Shown here in pieces: positions 1 to 7,773 of a DNA stretch of 64,000 bases; the first letter of the stretch is position 1, and each line of letters starts with the position of its first letter. The notes under the pieces were generated by a model. It did not search any database, was not told where the DNA came from, and saw only the letters and a program-made list of their open reading frames with translations. The translations under genes and the position numbers were made by a program. The stretch covers positions 13,227 through 77,226 of the forward strand of contig CADCEE010000002.1 of the NCBI GenBank assembly GCA_902800355.1, in the 5' to 3' direction. Source of the stretch: an uncultured Erysipelotrichaceae bacterium. GTDB taxonomy: Bacteria; Bacillota_I; Bacilli_A; RFN20; CAG-826.

Positions 1-87
1 TTCACGTGGTAAAACATATTCAAGAGTGTCTCTTAAATGTGTAGCAACGTGAATAATGTCGAAATTGTATTGATTAATGTTTTTCAT
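1..87 (-). CDS. hypothetical protein, 5' end only (continues beyond left edge)
   Basis: ATG (rc of 85-87) lies 8 nt downstream of GGAGG (rc of 96-100). The open frame MKNINQYNFDIIHVATHLRDTLEYVLPRE runs to position 1. No family recognised. Confidence 0.4.
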   Translation of the reverse strand, partial: MKNINQYNFDIIHVATHLRDTLEYVLPRE

Positions 88-214
88 GATACTAGCCTCC
101 TTCAATACATTAGGGAAGATTAACTTCACCTACGGACAATTAACTTCTAATATATTGAAACTGCTAATATTATACACAAGTTATATAAAACTACATAAAA
201 GTTTTATCAATTAT

Positions 215-244
215 TTGAAATTGTCCACTTATTATTGCTAGATA
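215..244 (+). promoter_or_regulatory. candidate sigma-A promoter of lipoprotein gene
   Basis: TTGAAA (215-220), 18 nt, TAGATA (239-244). The -10 box sits at the centre of the palindrome TTGCTA-GA-TAGCAA (235-248). Confidence 0.3.
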
Positions 245-296
245 GCAAAATAAATATTATTCTATTTAAGTAAATATTTTTAGGAGGGGATACCTT

Positions 297-1484
297 ATGA
301 AGAAAATTTTAATACTTCCTGCTTTATTTGCTCTTGTTGCCACTGGATGTGGTGAAGACGAACAACCATCAAGCGTTGAATGGTCTCAAGAAATCAAAGC
401 AGAAATGACAGAATATTTAGGTTTAGTATTACCATATGTGCAATTCGACGAAGCAACCTTATATCATGAATGGAGCGAAGAAGAAAGCGGTTATTTCATT
501 GGTGATGATTCTGAAACCAATGTCTTAGATGGCTATGGTGATAGACTTATTAGAACTGGCTGGACAGCAGTAACTCAAGAAGGTTATGTCAATTACACCA
601 AATCCACAGAAGCTGGTGAATTAACATTACACGCTCAATGGTATGAAGCTACCGAAGAATACCCTTGTGGTAATGAAATTGCAATTTATGTTGATGGAGG
701 AGGAGTTGTTCCTCCTGGAGATGATCCAGTTACAGGAACATACACTTTCACAATGTCGGAAATGGGATGGAGTGATCAAGATGAAAATCCATCTGTTGTA
801 GCTGACCCAGGTTTATCCATTGCAGCTGGCCCTGGCAAAAATACTCAAGCAACAGGCATACCAAAATATTTTTCTAGCGGTGCTAGTATTAGACTTTATG
901 CTTTAAATACTCTTACTTTAGCCGCAGATGAAATCACCAAAATTGAATTCACATTTACTCTAGTAAAAGATAATCAAACAATGACTGCTAGTGTTGGTAA
1001 TATTTCCAGTTTCACTAACGAATCTGCAACTTGGGAAGGAAGCGCAAGTCAAGTCATATTTACTTTAGGCTCTAAAGGTCAAATTCGTATCAGCGAAATG
1101 AAAGTCACAGGTACCTTCTCCGGCGGAGGTTCACCAATTGTACCAGGCGGAGATGAAAGAACTGTAGAAGATATTGCTAAAGATATCTGTAGTGCTTTAG
1201 AGATGTCAACCAGCGATATTGAATGGGACGGACAAGACGCATACATCAGTGTTATTTTTGATGGTGTCTCTAATCTAGAAGAAGCATGTCTTGCTGGTAT
1301 TGATTATTTACCAGATTATGTAGAAGAAGATGGTGATCCGGAAGCAGGTCAATGGGCAGATGGAGATGAAGGTTATTTTGCTTACTATGTCGATGCTGAA
1401 AGCTTAATCTATATAGATATTGGCTCATATCTTTCTGGTAACGAATATGTTACTCAATATTGCATTTATCAAATGGTCTATTAA
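297..1484 (+). CDS. lipoprotein of unknown function
   Basis: ATG preceded by TAGGAGGGGA. The N-terminus MKKILILPALFALVATGC is a signal peptide plus lipobox. 395 aa, acidic, no family recognised. Followed by a hairpin terminator. Confidence 0.75.
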   Translation: MKKILILPALFALVATGCGEDEQPSSVEWSQEIKAEMTEYLGLVLPYVQFDEATLYHEWSEEESGYFIGDDSETNVLDGYGDRLIRTGWTAVTQEGYVNYTKSTEAGELTLHAQWYEATEEYPCGNEIAIYVDGGGVVPPGDDPVTGTYTFTMSEMGWSDQDENPSVVADPGLSIAAGPGKNTQATGIPKYFSSGASIRLYALNTLTLAADEITKIEFTFTLVKDNQTMTASVGNISSFTNESATWEGSASQVIFTLGSKGQIRISEMKVTGTFSGGGSPIVPGGDERTVEDIAKDICSALEMSTSDIEWDGQDAYISVIFDGVSNLEEACLAGIDYLPDYVEEDGDPEAGQWADGDEGYFAYYVDAESLIYIDIGSYLSGNEYVTQYCIYQMVY

Positions 1485-1498
1485 TTATTAAGACAAAC

Positions 1499-1531
1499 TA
1501 AAAGGCCTTAGCGGTTGCTAAGACCTTTTTT
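1499..1531. terminator. bidirectional intrinsic terminator (lipoprotein gene / hpf)
   Basis: AAAGGCCTTAGC-GGTT-GCTAAGACCTTT forms a 12-bp stem with one mismatch. It is flanked by an A-run and a T-run and lies between convergent genes. Confidence 0.6.
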
Positions 1532-1548
1532 ATTATCTAAGATAATAA

Positions 1549-2100
1549 TTACTTAATTGGATTCTCCGCTTGGATGACTCCGTATCCACCATCTTTTCTA
1601 ATATAAACAGTAGAGATACGGTCATCTTCTTCATCTAGATACACAAAGAAGTCATGTCCTAAGGCTTCCATTCTTGTAATCGCCTCTTCAATAGACATTG
1701 GTTGAAGGTAATAAGATTTAGTACGGACCACTACATCTTCTTCGTCTTCCTTCTTTTCTTCTTTGATTTCTTCGAAGTTAATAGCCTCACCTAAAGACAT
1801 ACGGCCATTACTTCTATCCATTCTGGTTTTAATTTTTCTCATTTGTCCTTCAAGTTTGTCCACTACTAAATCAATTGCAGCGTATAAATCTTGATGCTCA
1901 ACTTCTGCTCTTAAAGGCATAGAAGGTAAAAAGATTGTGACTTCAACTTTTTGCGCTTCTTTATGAGCGGAAACAACACAACGACATTCGACTTCGTCGT
2001 TAATAAGGAAGTACTTGTCCATCTTGGCAAGTTTTGTTTGCAATGCATTCGAAATACCTTCGGTAACTTGAATGTTTTTGCCACTAATTACATATTTCAT
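1549..2100 (-). CDS. hpf: ribosome hibernation promoting factor (long form)
   Basis: 183 aa. N-terminal RaiA/HPF-type domain (MKYVISGKNIQVTEGI...LEGQMRKIK) plus the C-terminal dimerisation domain typical of Firmicutes. AAAGGAG RBS. Confidence 0.9.
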   Translation of the reverse strand: MKYVISGKNIQVTEGISNALQTKLAKMDKYFLINDEVECRCVVSAHKEAQKVEVTIFLPSMPLRAEVEHQDLYAAIDLVVDKLEGQMRKIKTRMDRSNGRMSLGEAINFEEIKEEKKEDEEDVVVRTKSYYLQPMSIEEAITRMEALGHDFFVYLDEEDDRISTVYIRKDGGYGVIQAENPIK

Positions 2101-2208
2101 GATATTTATCTCCTTTCCAAATCACTGAAATAGGATTTTTAAGACACTTTTATTATAACTCTAAAAAGTCCTCTATTTATAGAGTAATTGATATATTTTT
2201 TGCTTAAT

Positions 2209-3372
2209 TTATTTTAAAAGTTTTTTAATATCTTCAACTTTATCAAGTTTTTCCCAAGGTAAATCAACATCTGGTCGACCAAAGTGACCATAATTAGAAA
2301 TATCTTGATATTTAAATGTTGGTTTTTTAAGCGAGAAGTTTTTAATTATCATTCCTGGGCGACAATCAAATACTTTATGGATTACTTCTAAAATCTTTTC
2401 ATCTGGATATTTACTAGTTTTAAAAGTTTTTACTCCAACACTTAATGGATAATTCACTCCGATTGCATAAGAGAGTTGCACTTCCAAACGGTCCGCTACT
2501 CCTGCGGCTACTAAGTTTTTAGCGATATATCGAGCCATATACGCTCCACTTCTATCAACTTTTGAAGGGTCTTTTCCAGAGAAAGCTCCTCCACCGTGAT
2601 TAGCAGATCCACCATAAGTATCAACAATAATCTTTCTACCGGTTAAGCCAGTATCTCCAGCGGGACCACCTAACACAAATCTACCAGTTGGATTAACTAA
2701 ATATTTAAAGTCAGTATTTAAACCAAATGATTTCGCGACTTCTTGCATGATGTTTTTATGAATATACTCTTTAAATTCATCTAGATTAATATCTTCATCG
2801 TGTTGTACGGACATTAACATATTATCAATACGAATATGTTTAGGATCAGTATAATCGATAGTGACTTGACTCTTCATATCAGGCCTAGCGCCCTTAAAAA
2901 GCCCTTTATGGCGTTTTTCTGAGGCATCCCTAACAAGTTTATGGGCAATAGAAATTGCTAGCGGCATATACCCACTAGTTTCATTTGTGGCATAACCAAA
3001 CATTAAACCTTGGTCACCCGCTCCTAAATCTTCAGGTTTCTTTTGATTTACTCCTTGATTAATATCAGGAGATTGTTGTTTAGTCTTATCAACGATTTCA
3101 ATCGTATGATAATCACATCCATATTCAGGTTTATCATAACCAATCTTCTTTAATACATCTTTTACTATTTGCGGGATATCGACTTTTTCTTTACAAGTAA
3201 TTTCTCCTCCTACAAGGATAAAATTTGTAGTGGCAAAAGTCTCACACGCCACATGAGCGTCTGGATCCACTTTTAAACACGCATCTAACACTGCGTCACT
3301 AATTTGGTCACAAACTTTATCTGGATGACCTTCACTAACTGATTCTGAAGTAAATAAGATTTTTTCTTTCAT
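2209..3372 (-). CDS. metK: S-adenosylmethionine synthetase
   Basis: 387 aa with hallmark motifs GHPDKVCDQISD, GAGDQGLMFGYA and GGGAFSGKDPSKVDRS. Confidence 0.97.
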   Translation of the reverse strand: MKEKILFTSESVSEGHPDKVCDQISDAVLDACLKVDPDAHVACETFATTNFILVGGEITCKEKVDIPQIVKDVLKKIGYDKPEYGCDYHTIEIVDKTKQQSPDINQGVNQKKPEDLGAGDQGLMFGYATNETSGYMPLAISIAHKLVRDASEKRHKGLFKGARPDMKSQVTIDYTDPKHIRIDNMLMSVQHDEDINLDEFKEYIHKNIMQEVAKSFGLNTDFKYLVNPTGRFVLGGPAGDTGLTGRKIIVDTYGGSANHGGGAFSGKDPSKVDRSGAYMARYIAKNLVAAGVADRLEVQLSYAIGVNYPLSVGVKTFKTSKYPDEKILEVIHKVFDCRPGMIIKNFSLKKPTFKYQDISNYGHFGRPDVDLPWEKLDKVEDIKKLLK

Positions 3373-3388
3373 GATGATATACCTTCTA

Positions 3389-3537
3389 TAAAATAAAACT
3401 TCCCCCAGAATTGGGAGAAGTTATTTTTCTTCTCAACTTATCGATCAAAGTTCTGGGACTTTGCTAAGGGGAGCACTTACTCTTCCGAGAGTTGCTATCG
3501 TGTTTTTTCATCCTTTTTATCACGATTCTGGATAAGC
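3389..3537 (-). promoter_or_regulatory. SAM-I (S-box)-like riboswitch with terminator, metK leader
   Basis: The minus-strand RNA folds as a 4-way junction: P1 CTTATC/GATAAG, P2 TCGTG/CACGA, P3 ACTCT/AGAGT, P4 CAAAGT/ACTTTG. The conserved strings AGA, ATGAA..GCAAC and GTGCT are in their expected positions. Next comes the terminator ACTTCTCCCA-ATTC-TGGGGGAAGT plus a T-run (3389-3422). GAGAAG, 3' of P1, can pair with CTTCTC of the terminator as an antiterminator. Confidence 0.7.
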
Positions 3538-3543
3538 ACTAAT

Positions 3544-3572
3544 ATGATATATAAATATAATTATTTATTCAA
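3544..3572 (-). promoter_or_regulatory. candidate promoter of metK leader
   Basis: On the minus strand: TTGAAT (3572-3567), 17 nt, TATCAT (3549-3544). The predicted start is just 5' of riboswitch P1. Confidence 0.4.
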
Positions 3573-3809
3573 GTATTGTTTAATAGCTTGGGCTAATTGG
3601 TCAGGACAGCTAGTGCCGTTTCGACATTGAATGCCGTTAAGTCTTTTATATGCCTCTTCTAATGACATACCTACAAGTAAAGCCGCTAAACCTTGAGTGT
3701 TACCTCTACATCCACGAATAATCTTCACTTGTTGGATGATTCCATCTTCATGGTCGATAAACATCTCAATGGAACAAGTTCCTTTTGGATAGTAATGGAT
3801 TGTTTCCAT
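3561..3809 (-). CDS. TSCPD-domain protein (TIGR03905-like)
   Basis: 82 aa with GCRGNTQG and GTSCPDQLA motifs. Its ATG shares 1 nt with the pduL stop (TAATG). Confidence 0.85.
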   Translation of the reverse strand: METIHYYPKGTCSIEMFIDHEDGIIQQVKIIRGCRGNTQGLAALLVGMSLEEAYKRLNGIQCRNGTSCPDQLAQAIKQYLNK

Positions 3810-4381
3810 TATTTAACAATTCTCCCATAAACTGTTCCAGCGCATCCAGCTGCGTTACTTTCATCAGTGTCGATATGCATTGCTAGAGCAAAGTCTTCTC
3901 TAACTCTTACAACAACATCGCCAAAGATTAAGCTTCTACCTGGATTATTAACTTCTACTTTCACAATTTCACCATTTTTCACGCCGAATTCTTCAGCATC
4001 TTTTGGAGTCATATGAATATGTCTTTTAGCAACGATACAGCCTTCAGATAATTCCACTTCTCCAGCAGGGCCGACAATTTTAATAGCTGGGGAACCCGCT
4101 AAATCACCTGATTCTCTAACAACTGCAGGAACTCCTAAAGTTCTAGCATCAGTAGCGGAGACTTCAACTTGTCCGGCTTTTCTAAATGGGCCAAGAATAG
4201 AGACATTAGGAATAGTCTTTTTAGGTCCAACGATATCTAATCTAGAAAAAGAGACAAATTGACCTGGTTGAGATAAAGGGGCTCTAACTTCAAGTTTGGC
4301 ATCTTCACCAAACAAAATTTTAAATTGTTCTTCAGTGACGTGAATATGACGGGCACTGGTTTCCACTAATATTTCTTTCAT
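3809..4381 (-). CDS. pduL: phosphate propanoyl/acetyl-transferase PduL
   Basis: 190 aa with the two PduL half-domains (SARHIHVTEEQF... and AKRHIHMTPKDA...). Confidence 0.9.
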   Translation of the reverse strand: MKEILVETSARHIHVTEEQFKILFGEDAKLEVRAPLSQPGQFVSFSRLDIVGPKKTIPNVSILGPFRKAGQVEVSATDARTLGVPAVVRESGDLAGSPAIKIVGPAGEVELSEGCIVAKRHIHMTPKDAEEFGVKNGEIVKVEVNNPGRSLIFGDVVVRVREDFALAMHIDTDESNAAGCAGTVYGRIVK

Positions 4382-4439
4382 TTTTGTATACCTTCTTTAT
4401 AGCGATACATATTTTAACAAATATAAGACTAAAAATCAC

Positions 4440-4468
4440 TTGTCTTTTATCTTTATTTTTCTTACAAT
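4440..4468 (+). promoter_or_regulatory. candidate promoter of solitary tRNA-Leu
   Basis: TTGTCT (4440-4445), 17 nt, TACAAT (4463-4468). It lies about 20 nt upstream of the tRNA 5' end. Confidence 0.45.
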
Positions 4469-4487
4469 AATCAAGCAACTTGAAAAT

Positions 4488-4572
4488 GCGCAGGTGGCGG
4501 AACTGGTAGACGCGTACGTTTGAGGGGCGTATATCGCAAGATGTGTGAGTTCGATTCTCATCCCGCGCACCA
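4488..4572 (+). tRNA. tRNA-Leu(GAG)
   Basis: 85-nt class II cloverleaf. Acceptor GCGCAGG/CCCGCGC (A5:C68 mismatch), anticodon loop TT-GAG-GG, long variable arm, T-loop TTCGATT, encoded CCA. Confidence 0.93.
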
Positions 4573-4581
4573 TTAGATTGT

Positions 4582-4611
4582 TACAGTACACTAAGTGTAC
4601 TGTATTTTTTT
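4582..4611 (+). terminator. intrinsic terminator of tRNA-Leu
   Basis: TACAGTACAC-TAA-GTGTACTGTA (perfect 10-bp stem) followed by TTTTTTT. Confidence 0.75.
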
Positions 4612-4639
4612 CAGTTTTTAGTAAATAGCACTATACTCT

Positions 4640-4658
4640 TATAGCATATAATGCTATA
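4640..4658 (+). promoter_or_regulatory. operator-like palindrome over -10 boxes of the RhuM/HKD gene
   Basis: TATAGCAT-ATA-ATGCTATA is a perfect 8-bp inverted repeat. It overlaps two TATAAT hexamers (4647-4652 and 4655-4660). Confidence 0.3.
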
Positions 4659-4763
4659 ATATTATCATAGAAAGATCATAAGGATCTTCTTGGGATAGAG
4701 AAGTGAAATGAGGATAGGATTGAAGAATCCTTATTTTGCTTTCTATAGAAATAGGAGGTCCAT

Positions 4764-6002
4764 ATGGACAATTTTAAAACAATTAAATTTACTGACGGAG
4801 ATATTTCTCTAGATGTAAGAGTGTCTGTCGAAGACGGCACTATCTGGCTATCAGCAAACGAGATAGCAAAACTTTTTGATGTCAGCATTGCTACTGCTAG
4901 ACGAGTTATTAAGTCAACCTACAACCTAATTGAAAGTGATGTGATTTTATCCAGCGAGAAAAAATCAAAAAATGATTTTATCTTGCGTTTATCTCGCAAA
5001 ACAAGACCAATCACATTGTATGGAAACAGTTTTATTATCGAAATTGAAAAAGAGCTAAAAAGCAAACACTTTAGAACTTTTGAAAATTTTATAATCAAAA
5101 ACCAAACATATAAAGAACCCAACAACAATTATGGAAATAATAATATTGTTATCTTTGATAATGGGACTGTAAAACTTGATGTTAGCGTCTCTCATAAAGA
5201 AGAAACTGTTTGGTTAACGCAAGAGCAAATCGCCACACTATTTGAGACTACTCAACAAAACATATCGTTCCATATTAAAAACATTTTTGAAGAGGGCGAA
5301 TTAGATATGGATTCAGTTCACAAGGATTTCTTGTACACTGCTCACGACAATAAACAATATTTTGTTTCACATTATAACCTAGATTTGATTCTCGCTATTG
5401 GATATAGGATTAAAGGTAAGGTTGCGATTGATTTTAGAAAATGGGTTACCAAAATATTGAAAGATTATCTTATTAATGGATGCGCCATTAATGATAGATG
5501 CGATGATTCATCATTTTATAAAGGATTAATCAATCTTAATAATCAATACATGGAGTTGAAGGAGGAACTTAAAGTGTTGAAAGAAAATAATTTATATTTA
5601 CTTGAGAAGGAAAAAATCTTCTTTAATGGTAACTATTTTGATGCATTCGAATTTGTATCTGAAATATTATCTATGGCAAAAACAAAAATTATAATTATTG
5701 ACCCATATTTTGATCGACATGCTTTATCTTTCTTAAAAGAGTTACCGCAAAATATAGAAAAGAGGGTATACAAATCTAAAAAATCAAAATTGGCTAATAT
5801 TGATATACAAAAGTTTACCGCGCAATATGGAAAAGTCGCCATATCCACTATTGATAACTTCCACGATAGATTCATTATAATTGATGATCAACTATGTTAT
5901 GCATTGGGAACATCACTCAATCATATGGGTAAAAGAGTGTTTGCGGTCAATCAAATAGAAACCAAAGGACTAGTTGAAGCAATAATATCTAGTCTTAATT
6001 AG
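4764..6002 (+). CDS. RhuM-family protein with duplicated N-terminal module and C-terminal HKD(PLD)-like domain
   Basis: ATG follows an AGGAGGT RBS. Residues 128-237 (TVWLTQEQIATLFETTQQNISFHIKNIFEEGELD...LAIGYRIKGKVAIDFRKWVTKILKDYLI) match the RhuM core, and residues 8-50 are a truncated copy. Residues 367-386 (FHDRFIIIDDQLCYALGTSLN) fit the HKD signature with K replaced by R. Confidence 0.8.
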   Translation: MDNFKTIKFTDGDISLDVRVSVEDGTIWLSANEIAKLFDVSIATARRVIKSTYNLIESDVILSSEKKSKNDFILRLSRKTRPITLYGNSFIIEIEKELKSKHFRTFENFIIKNQTYKEPNNNYGNNNIVIFDNGTVKLDVSVSHKEETVWLTQEQIATLFETTQQNISFHIKNIFEEGELDMDSVHKDFLYTAHDNKQYFVSHYNLDLILAIGYRIKGKVAIDFRKWVTKILKDYLINGCAINDRCDDSSFYKGLINLNNQYMELKEELKVLKENNLYLLEKEKIFFNGNYFDAFEFVSEILSMAKTKIIIIDPYFDRHALSFLKELPQNIEKRVYKSKKSKLANIDIQKFTAQYGKVAISTIDNFHDRFIIIDDQLCYALGTSLNHMGKRVFAVNQIETKGLVEAIISSLN

Positions 6003-6009
6003 CTAAAGT

Positions 6010-6049
6010 AAAAGCGCAGGTCGTTCATTCAAATCCTGCGCTTTTCTTA
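6010..6049. terminator. bidirectional terminator (RhuM-like gene / pepF)
   Basis: AAAGCGCAGG-(14-nt loop)-CCTGCGCTTT, a 10-11-bp stem with A-rich and T-rich flanks, between convergent genes. Confidence 0.6.
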
Positions 6050-6052
6050 TTA

Positions 6053-7762
6053 TTAGAATTTTGAAGTATCAAACTCTTTAAGAACCTTGAGAAGTGGGTG
6101 AATATTCTTTTTCACATTTCCTTCTTCAAATGGATTTCTTAAATGTACTTTTTCTAGTAAACCAGTAAATGGAAGTGTTCCACCTAATTTACAGAGTTTG
6201 ACATATTTCTTCCAAGCTTTTTCATGGTTTTTAAGATCTTCCGCTAAGAATTGGAAAGCCACTACTTGAGCAAGAGTGTAATCAATGTAGTAGAAAGGAG
6301 TTCCAAAGACATGAGATTGTCTCATCCATCTAGTACCTTTGTTCATAGTTGGACAATAGTCATATCTAGAATGTGGGAGGTTGATGGATTCGATTTCTTT
6401 ATATTTAGCGCATCTTTCTTCGTGAGTAGCGTTAGGATGTTCATAGACCCAATGTTGGAATTCATCAATGGTAATACCATATGGCAAGAATTCAATCGCA
6501 TCACATAAATGTGAATATTTATATTTTTCGGCGTCCTTTCCAAAGAATAAATTCATATATGGCCAAGTGAAGAATTCCATACTCATAGAGTGAATTTCAC
6601 AGCTCTCTAAAGTTGGATTTTGATATTCTGGAATTTTAATACCACTACTGAGGTAAGCTTGGAAAGCGTGACCACCTTCGTGACAAAGAACATTCACATC
6701 ACCTTCAGTACCGTTAAAGTTAGAGAAGATAAATGGGGTTTTATATTCAGGGAAATATGTACAATATCCTCCAGGAGCTTTACCTGCTCTAGCATCTAAA
6801 TCCATCAAATGATTGTCAATCATTAAATGAATGAAATCAGCGGATTCTTTAGACATTTTTTCATACATCGTTTTAGCATGTCCCACTAAGACTTTAGAAT
6901 CGCCAACCGGAGTTGGATTACCGCTTAAGAATTTAAGATTGTAGTCAAATGTTTGAGGGTCTTTAATTCCTAAACCTTTCATTTGGGCTTTATATAACTT
7001 TTGGGCAATAGGTACTACTTCTTCTCTAATTTGGTCTCTATAGCCTTTTACCATCTTCGCGTTATAGTCGGTTCTACCTAAACGGATATAACCAAGTTCA
7101 ATAAAGTTCTTATAACCAAGTTTTTTGGCCATCCCGTCTCTAAGATGGACTAATTTATCATAGATATCACCAATTTCTTTTTCGTGTTCGCCCATCCATT
7201 TGTCCATCGCAATACTAGCTTCTTTTCTAGTTTCTCGATCTTTATCAGACATAAATTTTCCAAGTTGAGATAAGTTATAAACTTGCCCTCTAAATTCAAT
7301 TTGAGCAGTTCCTAATACTTCATCATATTTTGAAGTTAATTTATTCTCTTCAATCAAATCAGGAATAATTTTTGGATCAAACGCTTTTTGGTTATTCTCA
7401 TAGATCTTGAAAAGATATTTTCCATAAATCTTTTCTAAATCTTTACGATATTTAGCCTTTAAAAGAATCTTTTCAAATTCATTGGAGTATTTAGAAAATA
7501 CTGGGCTTAGCTCATCAACTTTATCTTGAGCATTCTTATAGATTTTGTTTCTTGTATCTAAAGAATATTTAACGGAAATAACACCAACATCTGTAGAAAG
7601 TTCAGACATGTATTTATTCCAGTGTTTAACTGCGAGTTTCGCGGTAAGCGCACTGCCACATTCCTCTAAATCCTTAATCAAAGATTCCATCTTATTAATG
7701 GTTCTTTTTTCAGTAGGTACCCTAAATGGGTATTCTTCAAATTTTAAGTTTTTATCTTTCAT
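6053..7762 (-). CDS. pepF: oligoendopeptidase F (M3B family)
   Basis: 569 aa with the HEGGHAF zinc site (HExxH) and M3B-like length and layout. AAGGAG RBS. Confidence 0.88.
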   Translation of the reverse strand: MKDKNLKFEEYPFRVPTEKRTINKMESLIKDLEECGSALTAKLAVKHWNKYMSELSTDVGVISVKYSLDTRNKIYKNAQDKVDELSPVFSKYSNEFEKILLKAKYRKDLEKIYGKYLFKIYENNQKAFDPKIIPDLIEENKLTSKYDEVLGTAQIEFRGQVYNLSQLGKFMSDKDRETRKEASIAMDKWMGEHEKEIGDIYDKLVHLRDGMAKKLGYKNFIELGYIRLGRTDYNAKMVKGYRDQIREEVVPIAQKLYKAQMKGLGIKDPQTFDYNLKFLSGNPTPVGDSKVLVGHAKTMYEKMSKESADFIHLMIDNHLMDLDARAGKAPGGYCTYFPEYKTPFIFSNFNGTEGDVNVLCHEGGHAFQAYLSSGIKIPEYQNPTLESCEIHSMSMEFFTWPYMNLFFGKDAEKYKYSHLCDAIEFLPYGITIDEFQHWVYEHPNATHEERCAKYKEIESINLPHSRYDYCPTMNKGTRWMRQSHVFGTPFYYIDYTLAQVVAFQFLAEDLKNHEKAWKKYVKLCKLGGTLPFTGLLEKVHLRNPFEEGNVKKNIHPLLKVLKEFDTSKF

Positions 7763-7773
7763 GGATTTTCTCC

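Noticed and set aside
297-1484. Weak resemblance between the central module of the orphan lipoprotein (..ASIRLYALNTLTLAADEITKIEFTF...GQIRISEMKVTG) and residues 970-1095 of the S8 protease (..KALRLGSGNNKGTLTITS..IYKVVVNA...RAWIKSVTIYT).
   Set aside because: Only a loose pattern of alternating hydrophobic residues is shared. Without an alignment statistic or profile search, I cannot distinguish homology from generic beta-sandwich composition.
4676-5875. Minus-strand ORFs 4676-4888, 4919-5128 and 5633-5875 opposite the RhuM/HKD gene.
   Set aside because: They are AT-rich shadow ORFs with Phe/Leu/Ile/Ser-rich translations. They have no start context, and the plus-strand frame has clear family motifs.
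6011-6044. The hairpin after the RhuM/HKD gene starts with GCGCAGGT, identical to the first 8 nt of tRNA-Leu(GAG) at 4488. I considered it as an att-type direct repeat marking an integrated element.
   Set aside because: An 8-nt match is expected by chance about twice in 64 kb on both strands. Integrases duplicate tRNA 3' ends, not 5' ends. No integrase gene is present. The sequence is adequately explained as a bidirectional terminator.
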